Assembly: GCA_038087875.1 (NCBI GenBank)
Contig: CM075990.1
Location: 18,472,283-18,492,282 of the forward strand
Source: Malacoraja senta
Taxonomy: Eukaryota
DNA length: 20,000 nucleotides
Direction: 5' to 3'
A program made the position numbers and the translations under genes. The notes beneath the pieces are model-generated. The model ran no database searches, had not been told where the DNA came from, and saw only the letters and a program-made list of their open reading frames with translations. Shown piece by piece: positions 1 to 11,169 of this stretch; position 1 is the first letter of the stretch; each line of letters begins with the position of its first letter.

Positions 1-1370
1 CGTCTTCGTCGTCGTCGTCTTCGTCGTCGTCGTCTTCGTCGTCGTCGTCTTCGTCGTCGTCGTCTTCGTCGTCGTCGTCTTCGTCGTCGTCTTCTTCGTC
101 GTCGTCTTCTTCGTCGTCGTCGTCTTCGTCGTCGTCGTCTTCGTCGTCGTCTTCTTCGTCGTCGTCTTCTTCGTCGTCGTCTTCTTCGTCGTCGTCTTCT
201 TCGTCGTCGTCTTCTTCGTCGTCGTCTTCTTCGTCGTCGTCTTCTTCGTCGTCGTCTTCTTCGTCGTCGTCGTCTTCGTCGTCGTCTTCTTCGTCGTCGT
301 CTTCTTCGTCGTCGTCTTCTTCGTCGTCGTCTTCTTCGTCGTCGTCTTCATCGTCGTCGTCTTCTTCGTCGTCTTCTTCGTCGTCGTCTTCTTCGTCGTC
401 GACTTCTTCGTCGTCGTCTTCTTCGTCGTCGTCTTCTTCGTCGTCGTCTTCTTCGTCGTCGTCTTCTTCGTCGTCGTCGTCTTCGTCGTCGTCGTCTTCG
501 TCGTCGTCTTCATCGTCGTCGTCTTCTTCGTCGTCGTCTTCTTCGTCATCGTCTTCGTCGTCATCTTCGTCGTCGTCGTCTTCGTCGTCGTCGTCTTCGT
601 CGTCGTCGTCTTCGTCATCGTCGTCTTCGTCGTCGTCGTCGTCGTCTTCGTCGTCGTCGTCTTCGTCGTCGTCTTCGTCGTCGTCGTCTTCGTCGTCGTC
701 GTCTTCGTCGTCGTCATCTTCGTCGTCGTCGTCTTCGTCGTCGTCGTCTTCGTCGTCGTCTTCTTCGTCGTCGTCTTCTTCGTCGTCGTCGTCTTCGTCG
801 TCGTCGTCTTCGTCGTCGTCTTCTTCGTCGTCGTCTTCTTCGTCGTCGTCTTCTTCGTCGTCGTCTTCTTCGTCGTCGTCTTCTTCGTCGTCGTCTTCTT
901 CGTCGTCGTCTTCTTCGTCGTCGTCTTCTTCGTCGTCGTCTTCTTCGTCGTCGTCGTCTTCGTCGTCGTCTTCTTCGTCGTCGTCTTCTTCGTCGTCGTC
1001 TTCTTCGTCGTCGTCTTCTTCGTCGTCGTCTTCATCGTCGTCGTCTTCTTCGTCGTCTTCTTCGTCGTCGTCTTCTTCGTCGTCGACTTCTTCGTCGTCG
1101 TCTTCTTCGTCGTCGTCTTCTTCGTCGTCGTCTTCTTCGTCGTCGTCTTCTTCGTCGTCGTCGTCTTCGTCGTCGTCGTCTTCGTCGTCGTCTTCATCGT
1201 CGTCGTCTTCTTCGTCGTCGTCTTCTTCGTCGTCGTCTTCGTCGTCATCTTCGTCGTCGTCGTCTTCGTCGTCGTCGTCTTCGTCGTCGTCGTCTTCGTC
1301 GTCGTCGTCTTCGTCGTCGTCGTCTTCGTCGTCGTCGTCTTCGTCGTCGTCTTCTTCGTCGTCGTCGTCT
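1..1370. repeat. Two tandem copies of a ~670-684 bp higher-order unit (boundaries approximate)
   Basis: The marker series ttcAtc, short monomer, gtcgAc, ttcAtc recurs at a 684 bp offset (A at 350 vs 1034; gac at 401 vs 1085). The same series recurs at 2434/2485 and 3091/3142 (offset 657). Confidence 0.75.
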
Positions 1371-1609
1371 TCGTCGTCGTCGTCTTCGTCGTCGTCGTCT
1401 TCGTCGTCGTCTTCTTCGTCGTCGTCTTCTTCGTCGTCGTCTTCTTCGTCGTCGTCTTCTTCGTCGTCGTCTTCTTCGTCGTCGTCTTCTTCGTCGTCGT
1501 CTTCTTCGTCGTCGTCTTCTTCGTCGTCGTCGTCTTCGTCGTCGTCTTCTTCGTCGTCGTCGTCTTCGTCGTCGTCCTCTCGTCGTCGTCGCCTTCGTCG
1601 TCGTCTTCT

Positions 1610-4600
1610 TCGTCGTCGTCTTCTTCGTCGTCGTCTTCTTCGTCGTCGTCTTCTTCGTCGTCGTCGTCTTCGTCGTCGTCGTCTTCGTCGTCAACTTCAT
1701 CGTCGTCGTCTTCTTCGTCGTCGTCTTCTTCGTCGTCGTCTTCTTCGTCGTCGTCTTCTTCGTCGTCATCGTCTTTGTCGTCGTCTTCTTCGTCGTCGTC
1801 GTCGTCGTCATCTTCTTCGTCGTCGTTTTCTTTGTCGTCGTCGTCTTCGTCGTCTTCTTCTTCGTCGTCGTCTTCTTCGTCGTCGTCTTCTTCGTCGTCG
1901 TCTTCTTCATCGGCGTCGTCTTCGTCGTCGTCTTCGTCGTCGTCTTCGTCGTCGTTGTCTTCGTCGTCGTCGTCTTCGTCGTCGTCTTCTTCGTCGTCGT
2001 CGTCTTCGTCGTCGTCGTCTTCGTCGTCGTCTTCTTCGTCGTCGTCGTCTTCGTCGTAGTCGTCTTCGTCGTCGTCTTCTTCGTCGTCGTCGTCTTCGTC
2101 ATCGTCTTCGTCGTCGTCTTCTTCGTCGTCGTCGTCTTCGTCGTCGTCGTCTTCGTCGTCGTCTTCGTCGTAGTCGTCTTCGTCGTCGCCTTCTTCGTCG
2201 TCGTCTTCTTCGTCGTCGTCTTCTTCGTCGTCGTCTTCTTCGTCGTCGTCTTCTTCGTCGTCGTCTTCTTCGTCGTCGTCTTCTTCGTCGTCGTCTTCTT
2301 CGTCGTCGTCTTCTTCGTCGTCGTCTTCTTCGTCGTCGTCTTCTTCGTCGTCGTCTTCTTCGTCGTCGTCTTCTTCGTCGTCGTCTTCTTCGTCGTCGTC
2401 TTCTTCGTCGTCGTCTTCTTCGTCGTCGTCTTCATCGTCGTTGTCTTCTTCGTCGTCTTCTTCGTCGTCGTCTTCTTCGTCGTCGACTTCTTCGTCGTCG
2501 TCTTGTTCGTCGTCGTCTTGTTCGTCGTCGTCTTCTTCGTCGTCGTCTTCTTCGTCGTCGTCGTCTTCGTCGTCGTCGTCTTCGTCGTCGTCTTCATCGT
2601 CGTCGTCTTCTTCGTCGTCGTCTTCTTCGTCGTCGTCTTCGTCGTCGTCGTCTTCGTCGTCGTCGTCTTCGTCGTCGTCGTCGTCGTCTTCGTCGTCGTC
2701 GTCTTCGTCGTCGTCTTCGTCGTCGTCGTCTTCGTCGTCGTCGTCTTCGTCGTCGTCGTCTTCGTCGTCGTCGTCTTCGTCGTCGTCGTCTTCGTCGTCG
2801 TCGTCTTCGTCGTCGTCTTCTTCGTCGTCGTCTTCTTCGTCGTCGTCGTCTTCGTCGTCGTCGTCTTCGTCGTCGTCTTCTTCGTCGTCGTCTTCTTCGT
2901 CGTCGTCTTCTTCGTCGTCGTCTTCTTCGTCGTCGTCTTCTTCGTCGTCGTCTTCTTCGTCGTCGTCTTCTTCGTCGTCGTCTTCTTCGTCGTCGTCTTC
3001 TTCGTCGTCGTCGTCTTCGTCGTCGTCTTCTTCGTCGTCGTCTTCTTCGTCGTCGTCTTCTTCGTCGTCGTCTTCTTCGTCGTCGTCTTCATCGTCGTCG
3101 TCTTCTTCGTCGTCTTCTTCGTCGTCGTCTTCTTCGTCGTCGACTTCTTCGTCGTCGTCTTCTTCGTCGTCGTCTTCTTCGTCGTCGTCTTCTTCGTCGT
3201 CGTCTTCTTCGTCGTCGTCGTCTTCGTCGTCGTCGTCTTCGTCGTCGTCTTCATCGTCGTCGTCTTCTTCGTCGTCGTCTTCTTCGTCATCGTCTTCGTC
3301 GTCATCTTCGTCGTCGTCGTCTTCGTCGTCGTCGTCTTCGTCGTCGTCGTCTTCGTCGTCGTCGTCTTCGTCGTCGTCGTCTTCGTCGTCGTCGTCTTCG
3401 TCGTCGTCTTCTTCGTCGTCGTCGTCTTCGTCGTCGTCGTCTTCGTCGTCGTCGTCTTCGTCGTCGTCTTCTTCGTCGTCGTCTTCTTCGTCGTCGTCTT
3501 CTTCGTCGTCGTCTTCTTCGTCGTCGTCTTCTTCGTCGTCGTCTTCTTCGTCGTCGTCTTCTTCGTCGTCGTCTTCTTCGTCGTCGTCGTCTTCGTCGTC
3601 GTCTTCTTCGTCGTCGTCGTCTTCGTCGTCGTCTTCGTCGTCGTCCTCTTCGTCGTCGTCGCCTTCGTCGTCGTCGTCTTCGTCGTCGTCTACTTCGTCG
3701 TCGTCTTCTTCGTCGTCGTCTTCGTCGTCGTCGTCTTAGTCGTCGTCTTCTTCGTCGTCGTCGTCTTCGTCGTCGTCGTCTTCGTCGTCGTCTTCTTCGT
3801 CGTCGTCGTCTTCGTCGTCGTCGTCTTCGTCGTCGTCTTCGTCGTCGTCTTCTTCGTCGGCGTCGTCTTCGTCGTCATCGTCTTCGTCGTCGTCTTCGTC
3901 GTCGTCATCTTCGTCGTCGTCTTCTTCGTCGTCGTCTACTTCGTCGTCGTCTTCTTCGTCGTCGTCTTCTTCGTCGTCGTTTTCTTCGTCATCGTCTTCT
4001 TTGTCGTCGTCTTCTTCGTCGTCGTCTTCTTCGTCGTCGTCTTCTTCGACGTCGTCTTCTTCTTCGTCGTCTTCTTCGTCGTTGTCTTCTTCGTCGTCGT
4101 CTTCTTCGTCGTCGTCTTCTTCGTCGTCGTCTTCTTCGTCGTCGTCTTCTTCGTCGTCGTCTTCTTCGTCGTCGTCTTCTTCGTCGTCGTCTTCTTCGTC
4201 GTCGTCTTCTTCGTCGTCGTCTTCTTCGTCGTCGTCTTCTTCGTCGTCGACTTCTTCGTCGTCGTCTTCTTCGTCGTCGACTTCTTCGTCGTCGTCTTCT
4301 TCGTCGTCGTCTTCTTCGTCGTCGTCTTCTTCGTCTTCGTCTTCTTCGTCGTCGTCGTCTTCGTCGTCGTCGTCTTCGTCGTCATCTTCATCGTCGTCGT
4401 CTTCTTCGTCGTCGTCTTCTTCGTCGTCGTCTTCTTCGTCGTCGTCTTCTTTGTCGTCGTCTTCTTCGTCGTCGTCGTCGTCGTCGTCTTCTTCGTCGTC
4501 GTCGTCTTCTTCGTCGTCGTCGTCTTTGTCGTCGTCGTCTTCGTCGTCGTCTTCTTCGTCGTCGTCTTCTTCGTCGTCGTCTTCTTCGTCGTCGTCTTCT

Positions 4601-7600
4601 TCATCGTCGTCTTCTTCGTCGTCGTCTTCTTTGTCGTCCTCTTCTTCGTCGTCGTCTTCTTCGTCGTCGTCTTCTTCGTCGTTGTCTTCTTCGTCGTCGA
4701 CTTCTTCGTCGTCGTCTTCTTCGTCGTCGTCTTCTTCGTCGTCGTCTTCTTCGTCGTCGTCTTCTTCGTCGTCATCGTCTTCGTCGTCGTCGTCTTCGTC
4801 GTCGTCTTCATCGTCGTCGTCTTCTTCGTCGTCGTCTTCTTCGTCGTCGTCTTCTTCGTCGTCGTCGTCTTCGTCGTCGTCGTCTTCGTCGTCAACTTCA
4901 TCGTCGTCGTCTTCTTCGTCGTCGTCTTCTTCGTCGTCGTCTTCTTCGTCGTCGTCTTCTTCGTCGTCGTCGTCTTTGTCGTCGTCTTCTTCGTCGTCGT
5001 CGTCGTCGTCATCTTCTTCGTCGTCGTTTTCTTTGTCGTCGTCGTCTTCGTCGTCTTCTTCTTCGTCGTCGTCTTCTTCGTCGTCGTCTTCTTCGTCGTC
5101 GTCTTCTTCATCGGCGTCGTCTTCGTCGTCGTCTTCGTCGTCGTCTTCGTCGTCGTCGTCTTCGTCGTCGTCGTCTTCGTCGTCGTCTTCTTCGTCGTCG
5201 TCGTCTTCATCGTCGTCGTCTTCGTCGTCGTCTTCTTCGTCGTCGTCGTCTTCGTCGTAGTCGTCTTCGTCGTCGTCTTCTTCGTCGTCGTCGTCTTCGT
5301 CATCGTCTTCGTCGTCGTCTTCTTCGTCGTCGTCGTCTTCGTCGTCGTCGTCTTCGTCGTCGTCTTCGTCGTAGTCGTCTTCGTCGTCGCCTTCTTCGTC
5401 GTCGTCTTCTTCGTCGTCGTCTTCTTCGTCGTCGTCTTCTTCGTCGTCGTCTTCTTCGTCGTCGTCTTCTTCGTCGTCGTCTTCTTCGTCGTCGTCTTCT
5501 TCGTCGTCGTCTTCTTCGTCGTCGTCTTCTTCGTCGTCGTCTTCTTCGTCGTCGTCTTCTTCGTCGTCGTCTTCTTCGTCGTCGTCTTCTTCGTCGTCGT
5601 CTTCTTCGTCGTCGTCTTCTTCGTCGTCGTCTTCATCGTCGTTGTCTTCTTCGTCGTCTTCTTCGTCGTCGTCTTCTTCGTCGTCGACTTCTTCGTCGTC
5701 GTCTTGTTCGTCGTCGTCTTGTTCGTCGTCGTCTTCTTCGTCGTCGTCTTCTTCGTCGTCGTCGTCTTCGTCGTCGTCGTCTTCGTCGTCGTCTTCATCA
5801 TCGTCGTCTTCTTCGTCATCGTCTTCTTCGTCGTCGTCTTCGTCGTCGTCGTCTTCGTCGTCGTCGTCTTCGTCGTCGTCGTCGTCATCTTCGTCGTCGT
5901 CGTCTTCGTCGTCGTCTTCGTCGTCGTCGTCTTCGTCGTCGTCGTCTTCGTCGTCGTCGTCTTCGTCGTCGTCGTCTTCGTCGTCGTCTTCTTCGTCGTC
6001 GTCTTCTTCGTCGTCGTCGTCTTCGTCGTCGTCGTCTTCGTCGTCGTCTTCTTCGTCGTCGTCTTCTTCGTCGTCGTCTTCTTCGTCGTCGTCTTCTTCG
6101 TCGTCGTCTTCTTCGTCGTCGTCTTCTTCGTCGTCGTCTTCTTCGTCGTCGTCTTCTTCGTCGTCGTCTTCTTCGTCGTCGTCGTCTTCGTCGTCGTCTT
6201 CTTCGTCGTCGTCTTCTTCGTCGTCGTCTTCTTCGTCGTCGTCTTCTTCGTCGTCGTCTTCATCGTCATCGTCTTCTTCGTCGTCTTCTTCGTCGTCGTC
6301 TTCTTCGTCGTCGACTTCTTCGTCGTCGTCTTCTTCGTCGTCGTCTTCTTCGTCGTCGTCTTCTTCGTCGTCGTCTTCTTCGTCGTCGTCGTCTTCGTCG
6401 TCGTCGTCTTCGTCGTCGTCTTCATCGTCGTCGTCTTCTTCGTCGTCGTCTTCTTCGTCGTCGTCTTCGTCGTCATCTTCGTCATCGTCGTCTTCGTCGT
6501 CGTCGTCTTCGTCGTCGTCGTCTTCGTCGTCGTCGTCTTCGTCGTCGTCGTCTTCGTCGTCGTCGTCTTCGTCGTCGTCTTCTTCGTCGTCGTCGTCTTC
6601 GTCGTCGTCGTCTTCGTCGTCGTCGTCTTCGTCATCGTCTTCTTCGTCGTCGTCTTCTTCGTCGTCGTCTTCTTCGTCGTCGTCTTCTTCGTCGTCGTCT
6701 TCTTCGTCGTCGTCTTCTTCGTCGTCGTCTTCTTCGTCGTCGTCTTCTTCGTCGTCGTCGTCTTCGTCGTCGTCTTCTTCGTCGTCGTCGTCTTCGTCGT
6801 CGTCTTCGTCGTCGTCCTCTTCGTCGTCGTCGCCTTCGTCGTCGTCGTCTTCGTCGTCGTCTACTTCGTCGTCGTCTTCTTCGTCGTCGTCGTCTTCGTC
6901 GTCGTCGTCTTAGTCGTCGTCTTCTTCGTCGTCGTCGTCTTCGTCGTCGTCGTCTTCGTCGTCGTCTTCTTCGTCGTCGTCGTCTTCGTCGTCGTCGTCT
7001 TCGTCGTCGTCTTCGTCGTCGTCTTCTTCGTCGTCGTCGTCTTCGTCGTCATCGTCTTCGTCGTCGTCTTCGTCGTCGTCATCTTCGTCGTCGTCTTCTT
7101 CGTCGTCGTCTACTTCGTCGTCGTCTTCTTCGTCGTCATCTTCTTCGTCGTCGTTTTCTTCGTCGTCGTCTTCTTCGTCGTCGTCTACTTCGTCGTCGTC
7201 TTCTTCGTCGTCATCTTCTTCGTCGTCGTTTTCTTCGTCGTCGTCTTCTTTGTCGTCGTCTTCTTCGTCGTCGTCTTCTTCGTCGTCGTCTTCTTCGACG
7301 TCGTCTTCTTCTTCGTCGTCTTCTTCGTCGTTGTCTTCCTCGTCGTCGTCTTCTTCGTCGTCGTCTTCTTCGTCGTCGTCTTCTTCGTCGTCGTCTTCTT
7401 CGTCATCGTCTTCTTCGTCGTCGTCTTCTTCGTCGTCGTCTTCTTCGTCGTCGTCTTCTTCGTCGTCGTCTTCTTCGTCGTCGTCTTTTTCGTCGTCGTC
7501 TTCTTCGTCGTCGTCTTCTTCGTCGTCGACTTCTTCGTCGTCGTCTTCTTCGTCGTCGTCTTCTTCGTCGTTGTCTTCTTCGTCTTCGTCTTCTTCGTCG

Positions 7601-8070
7601 TCGTCGTCTTCGTCGTCGTCGTCTTCGTCGTCATCTTCATCGTCGTCGTCTTCTTCGTCGTCGTCTTCTTCGTCGTCGTCTTCTTCGTCGTCGTCTTCTT
7701 CGTCGTCGTCGTCTTTGTCGTCGTCTTCTTCGTCGTCGTCGTCGTCGTCGTCTTCTTCGTCGTCGTTGTCTTTGTCGTCGTCGTCTTCGTCGTCGTCTTC
7801 TTCGTCGTCGTCTTCTTCGTCGTCGTCTTCTTCGTCGTCGTCTTCTTCATCGTCGTCTTCTTCGTCGTCGTCTTCTTTGTCGTCCTCTTCTTCGTCGTCG
7901 TCTTCTTCGTCGTCGTCTTCTTCGTCGTTGTCTTCTTCGTCGTCGACTTCTTCGTCGTCGTCTTCTTCGTCGTCGTCTTCTTCGTCGTCGTCTTCTTCGT
8001 CGTCGTCTTCTTCGTCGTCATCGTCTTCGTCGTCGTCGTCTTCGTCGTCGTCTTCATCGTCGTCGTCTTC
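1610..8070. repeat. ~3.2 kb higher-order tandem duplication (copy 1 ~1610-4820, copy 2 ~4820-8070)
   Basis: Rare markers recur in the same order: tcaac 1691/4892, Ser-frame TAG ending 2059/5260, ttg 2441/5642 (all offset 3201), ttag ending 3739/6913 (3174) and ttg 4001/7250 (3249). All offsets are multiples of 3. Confidence 0.88.
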
Positions 8071-8199
8071 TTCGTCGTCGTCTTCTTCGTCGTCGTCTTC
8101 TTCGTCGTCGTCTTCTTCGTCGTCGTCTTCTTCGTCGTCGTCTTCTTCGTCGTCGTCTTCTTCGTCGTCGTCTTCTTCGTCGTCGTCTTCTTCGTCGTC

Positions 8200-10560
8200 G
8201 TCTTCTTCGTCGTCGTCGTCTTCGTCGTCGTCTTCTTCGTCGTCGTCGTCTTCGTCGTCGTCTTCGTCGTCGTCCTCTTCGTCGTCGTCGCCTTCGTCGT
8301 CGTCGTCTTCGTCGTCGTCTACTTCGTCGTCGTCTTCTTCGTCGTCGTCGTCTTCGTCGTCGTCGTCTTAGTCGTCGTCTTCTTCGTCGTCGTCGTCTTC
8401 GTCGTCGTCGTCTTCGTCGTCGTCTTCTTCGTCGTCGTCGTCTTCGTCGTCGTCGTCTTCGTCGTCGTCTTCGTCGTCGTCTTCTTCGTCGTCGTCGTCT
8501 TCGTCGTCGTCGTCTTCGTCGTCGTCTTCGTCGTCGTCATCTTCGTCGTTGTCTTCTTCGTCGTCGTCTACTTCGTCGTCGTCTTCTTCGTCGTCGTCTT
8601 CTTCGTCGTCGTCTTCTTCGTCGTCGTCTTCTTCGTCGTCGTCTTCTTCGTCGTCGTCTTCTTCGTCGTCGTCTTCTTCGTCGTCGTCTTCTTCTTCGTC
8701 GTCTTCTTCGTCGTCGTCTTCTTCGTCGTCGTCTTCTTCGTCGTCGTCTTCTTCGTCGTCGTCTTCTTCGTCGTCGTCTTCTTCGTCGTCGTCTTCTTCG
8801 TCGTCGTCTTCTTCGTCGTCGTCTTCTTCGTCGTCGTCTTCTTCGTCGTCGTCTTCTTCGTCGTCGTCTTCTTCGTCGTCGTCTTCTTCGTCGTCGTCTT
8901 CTTCGTCGTCGACTTCTTCGTCGTCGTCTTCTTCGTCGTCGTCTTCTTCGTCGTCGTCTTCTTCGTCGTCGTCTTCTTCGTCGTCGTCGTCTTCGTCGTC
9001 GTCTTCTTCGTCGTCGTCGTCTTCGTCGTCGTCTTCGTCGTCGTCCTCTTCGTCGTCGTCGCCTTCGTCGTCGTCGTCTTCGTCGTCGTCTACTTCGTCG
9101 TCGTCTTCTTCGTCGTCGTCGTCTTCGTCGTCGTCGTCTTAGTCGTCGTCTTCTTCGTCGTCGTCGTCTTCGTCGTCGTCGTCTTCGTCGTCGTCTTCTT
9201 CGTCGTCGTCGTCTTCGTCGTCGTCGTCTTCGTCGTCGTCTTCGTCGTCGTCTTCTTCGTCGTCGTCGTCTTCGTCGTCGTCGTCTTCGTCGTCGTCTTC
9301 GTCGTCGTCCTCTTCGTCGTCGTCTTCTTCGTCGTCGTCTACTTCGTCGTCGTCTTCTTCGTCGTCGTCTTCTTCGTCGTCGTCTTCTTCGTCGTCGTCT
9401 TCTTCGTCGTCGTCTTCTTCGTCGTCGTCTTCTTCGTCGTCGTCTTCTTCGTCGTCGTCTTCTTCTTCGTCGTCTTCTTCGTCGTCGTCTTCTTCGTCGT
9501 CGTCTTCTTCGTCGTCGTCTTCTTCGTCGTCGTCTTCTTCGTCGTCGTCTTCTTCGTCGTCGTCTTCTTCGTCGTCGTCTTCTTCGTCGTCGTCTTCTTC
9601 GTCGTCGTCTTCTTCGTCGTCGTCTTCTTCGTCGTCGTCTTCTTCGTCGTCGACTTCTTCGTCGTCGTCTTCTTCGTCGTCGTCTTCTTCGTCGTCGTCT
9701 TCTTCGTCGTCGTCTTCTTCGTCGTCGTCGTCTTCGTCGTCGTCTTCTTCGTCGTCGTCTTCTTCGTCGTCGTCTTCTTCGTCGTCGTCGTCTTCGTCGT
9801 CGTCTTCTTCGTCGTCGTCGTCTTCGTCGTCGTCTTCGTCGTCGTCCTCTTCGTCGTCGTCGCCTTCGTCGTCGTCGTCTTCGTCGTCGTCTACTTCGTC
9901 GTCGTCTTCTTCGTCGTCGTCGTCTTCGTCGTCGTCGTCTTAGTCGTCGTCTTCTTCGTCGTCGTCGTCTTCGTCGTCGTCGTCTTCGTCGTCGTCTTCT
10001 TCGTCGTCGTCGTCTTCGTCGTCGTCGTCTTCGTCGTCGTCTTCGTCGTCGTCTTCTTCGTCGTCGTCGTCTTCGTCGTCGTCGTCTTCGTCGTCGTCTT
10101 CGTCGTCGTCCTCTTCGTCGTCGTCTTCTTCGTCGTCGTCTACTTCGTCGTCGTCTTCTTCGTCGTCGTCTTCTTCGTCGTCGTCTTCTTCGTCGTCGTC
10201 TTCTTCGTCGTCGTCTTCTTCGTCGTCGTCTTCTTCGTCGTCGTCTTCTTCGTCGTCGTCTTCTTCTTCGTCGTCTTCTTCGTCGTCGTCTTCTTCGTCG
10301 TCGTCTTCTTCGTCGTCGTCTTCTTCGTCGTCGTCTTCTTCGTCGTCGTCTTCTTCGTCGTCGTCTTCTTCGTCGTCGTCTTCTTCGTCGTCGTCTTCTT
10401 CGTCGTCGTCTTCTTCGTCGTCGTCTTCTTCGTCGTCGTCTTCTTCGTCGTCGACTTCTTCGTCGTCGTCTTCTTCGTCGTCGTCTTCTTCGTCGTCGTC
10501 TTCTTCGTCGTCGTCTTCTTCGTCGTCGTCGTCTTCGTCGTCGTCTTCTTCGTCGTCGTC
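8200..10560. repeat. Three tandem copies of a ~770-800 bp higher-order unit (boundaries approximate)
   Basis: The module gtcCtcttc..gCcttc..tAc..ttAg..tAc..(ttc)3..gtcgAc is repeated, with tta at 8368, 9139 and 9940 (offsets 771 and 801). The first part of the same module also occurs at ~3645-3940 and ~6815-7115. Confidence 0.85.
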
Positions 10561-11169
10561 TTCTTCGTCGTCGTCTTCTTCGTCGTCGTCTTCGTCGTCG
10601 TCGTCTTCGTCGTCGTCTTCATCGTCGTCGTCTTCTTCGTCGTCGTCTTCTTCGTCGTCGTCTTTTTCGTCGTCGTCGTCTTCGTCGTCGTCGTCTTCGT
10701 CGTCGTCTTCATCGTCGTCGTCTTCTTCGTCGTCGTCTTCTTCGTCGTCGTCTTCTTCGTCGTCGTCTTCTTCGTCGTCGTCTTCTTTGTCGTCCTCTTC
10801 TTCGTCGTCGTCTTCTTCGTCGTCGTCTTCTTCGTCGTCGTCTTCTTCGTCGTCGACTTCTTCGTCGTCGTCTTCTTCGTCGTCGTCTTCTTCGTCGTCG
10901 TCTTCTTCGTCGTCGTCTTCTTCGTCGTCATCGTCTTCGTCGTCATCGTCTTCGTCGTCGTCTTCATCGTCGTCGTCTTCTTCGTCGTCGTCTTCTTCGT
11001 CGTCGTCTTCTTCGTCGTCGTCTTCTTCGTCGTCGTCTTCTTCGTCGTCGTCTCCTTCGTCGTCGTCTTCTTCGTCGTCGTCTCCTTCGTCGTCGTCTTC
11101 TTCGTCGTCGTCTCCTTCATCGTCGTCTTCTTCGTCGTCGTCGTCTTCGTCGTCGTCTTCTTCGTCATC

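Noticed and set aside
1245..1580. Poly-arginine C-terminal tail of ORF 1245..3305
   Set aside because: It results from the single 1-bp deletion near 1580. The Arg frame is otherwise frequently closed by TGA (tca variants).
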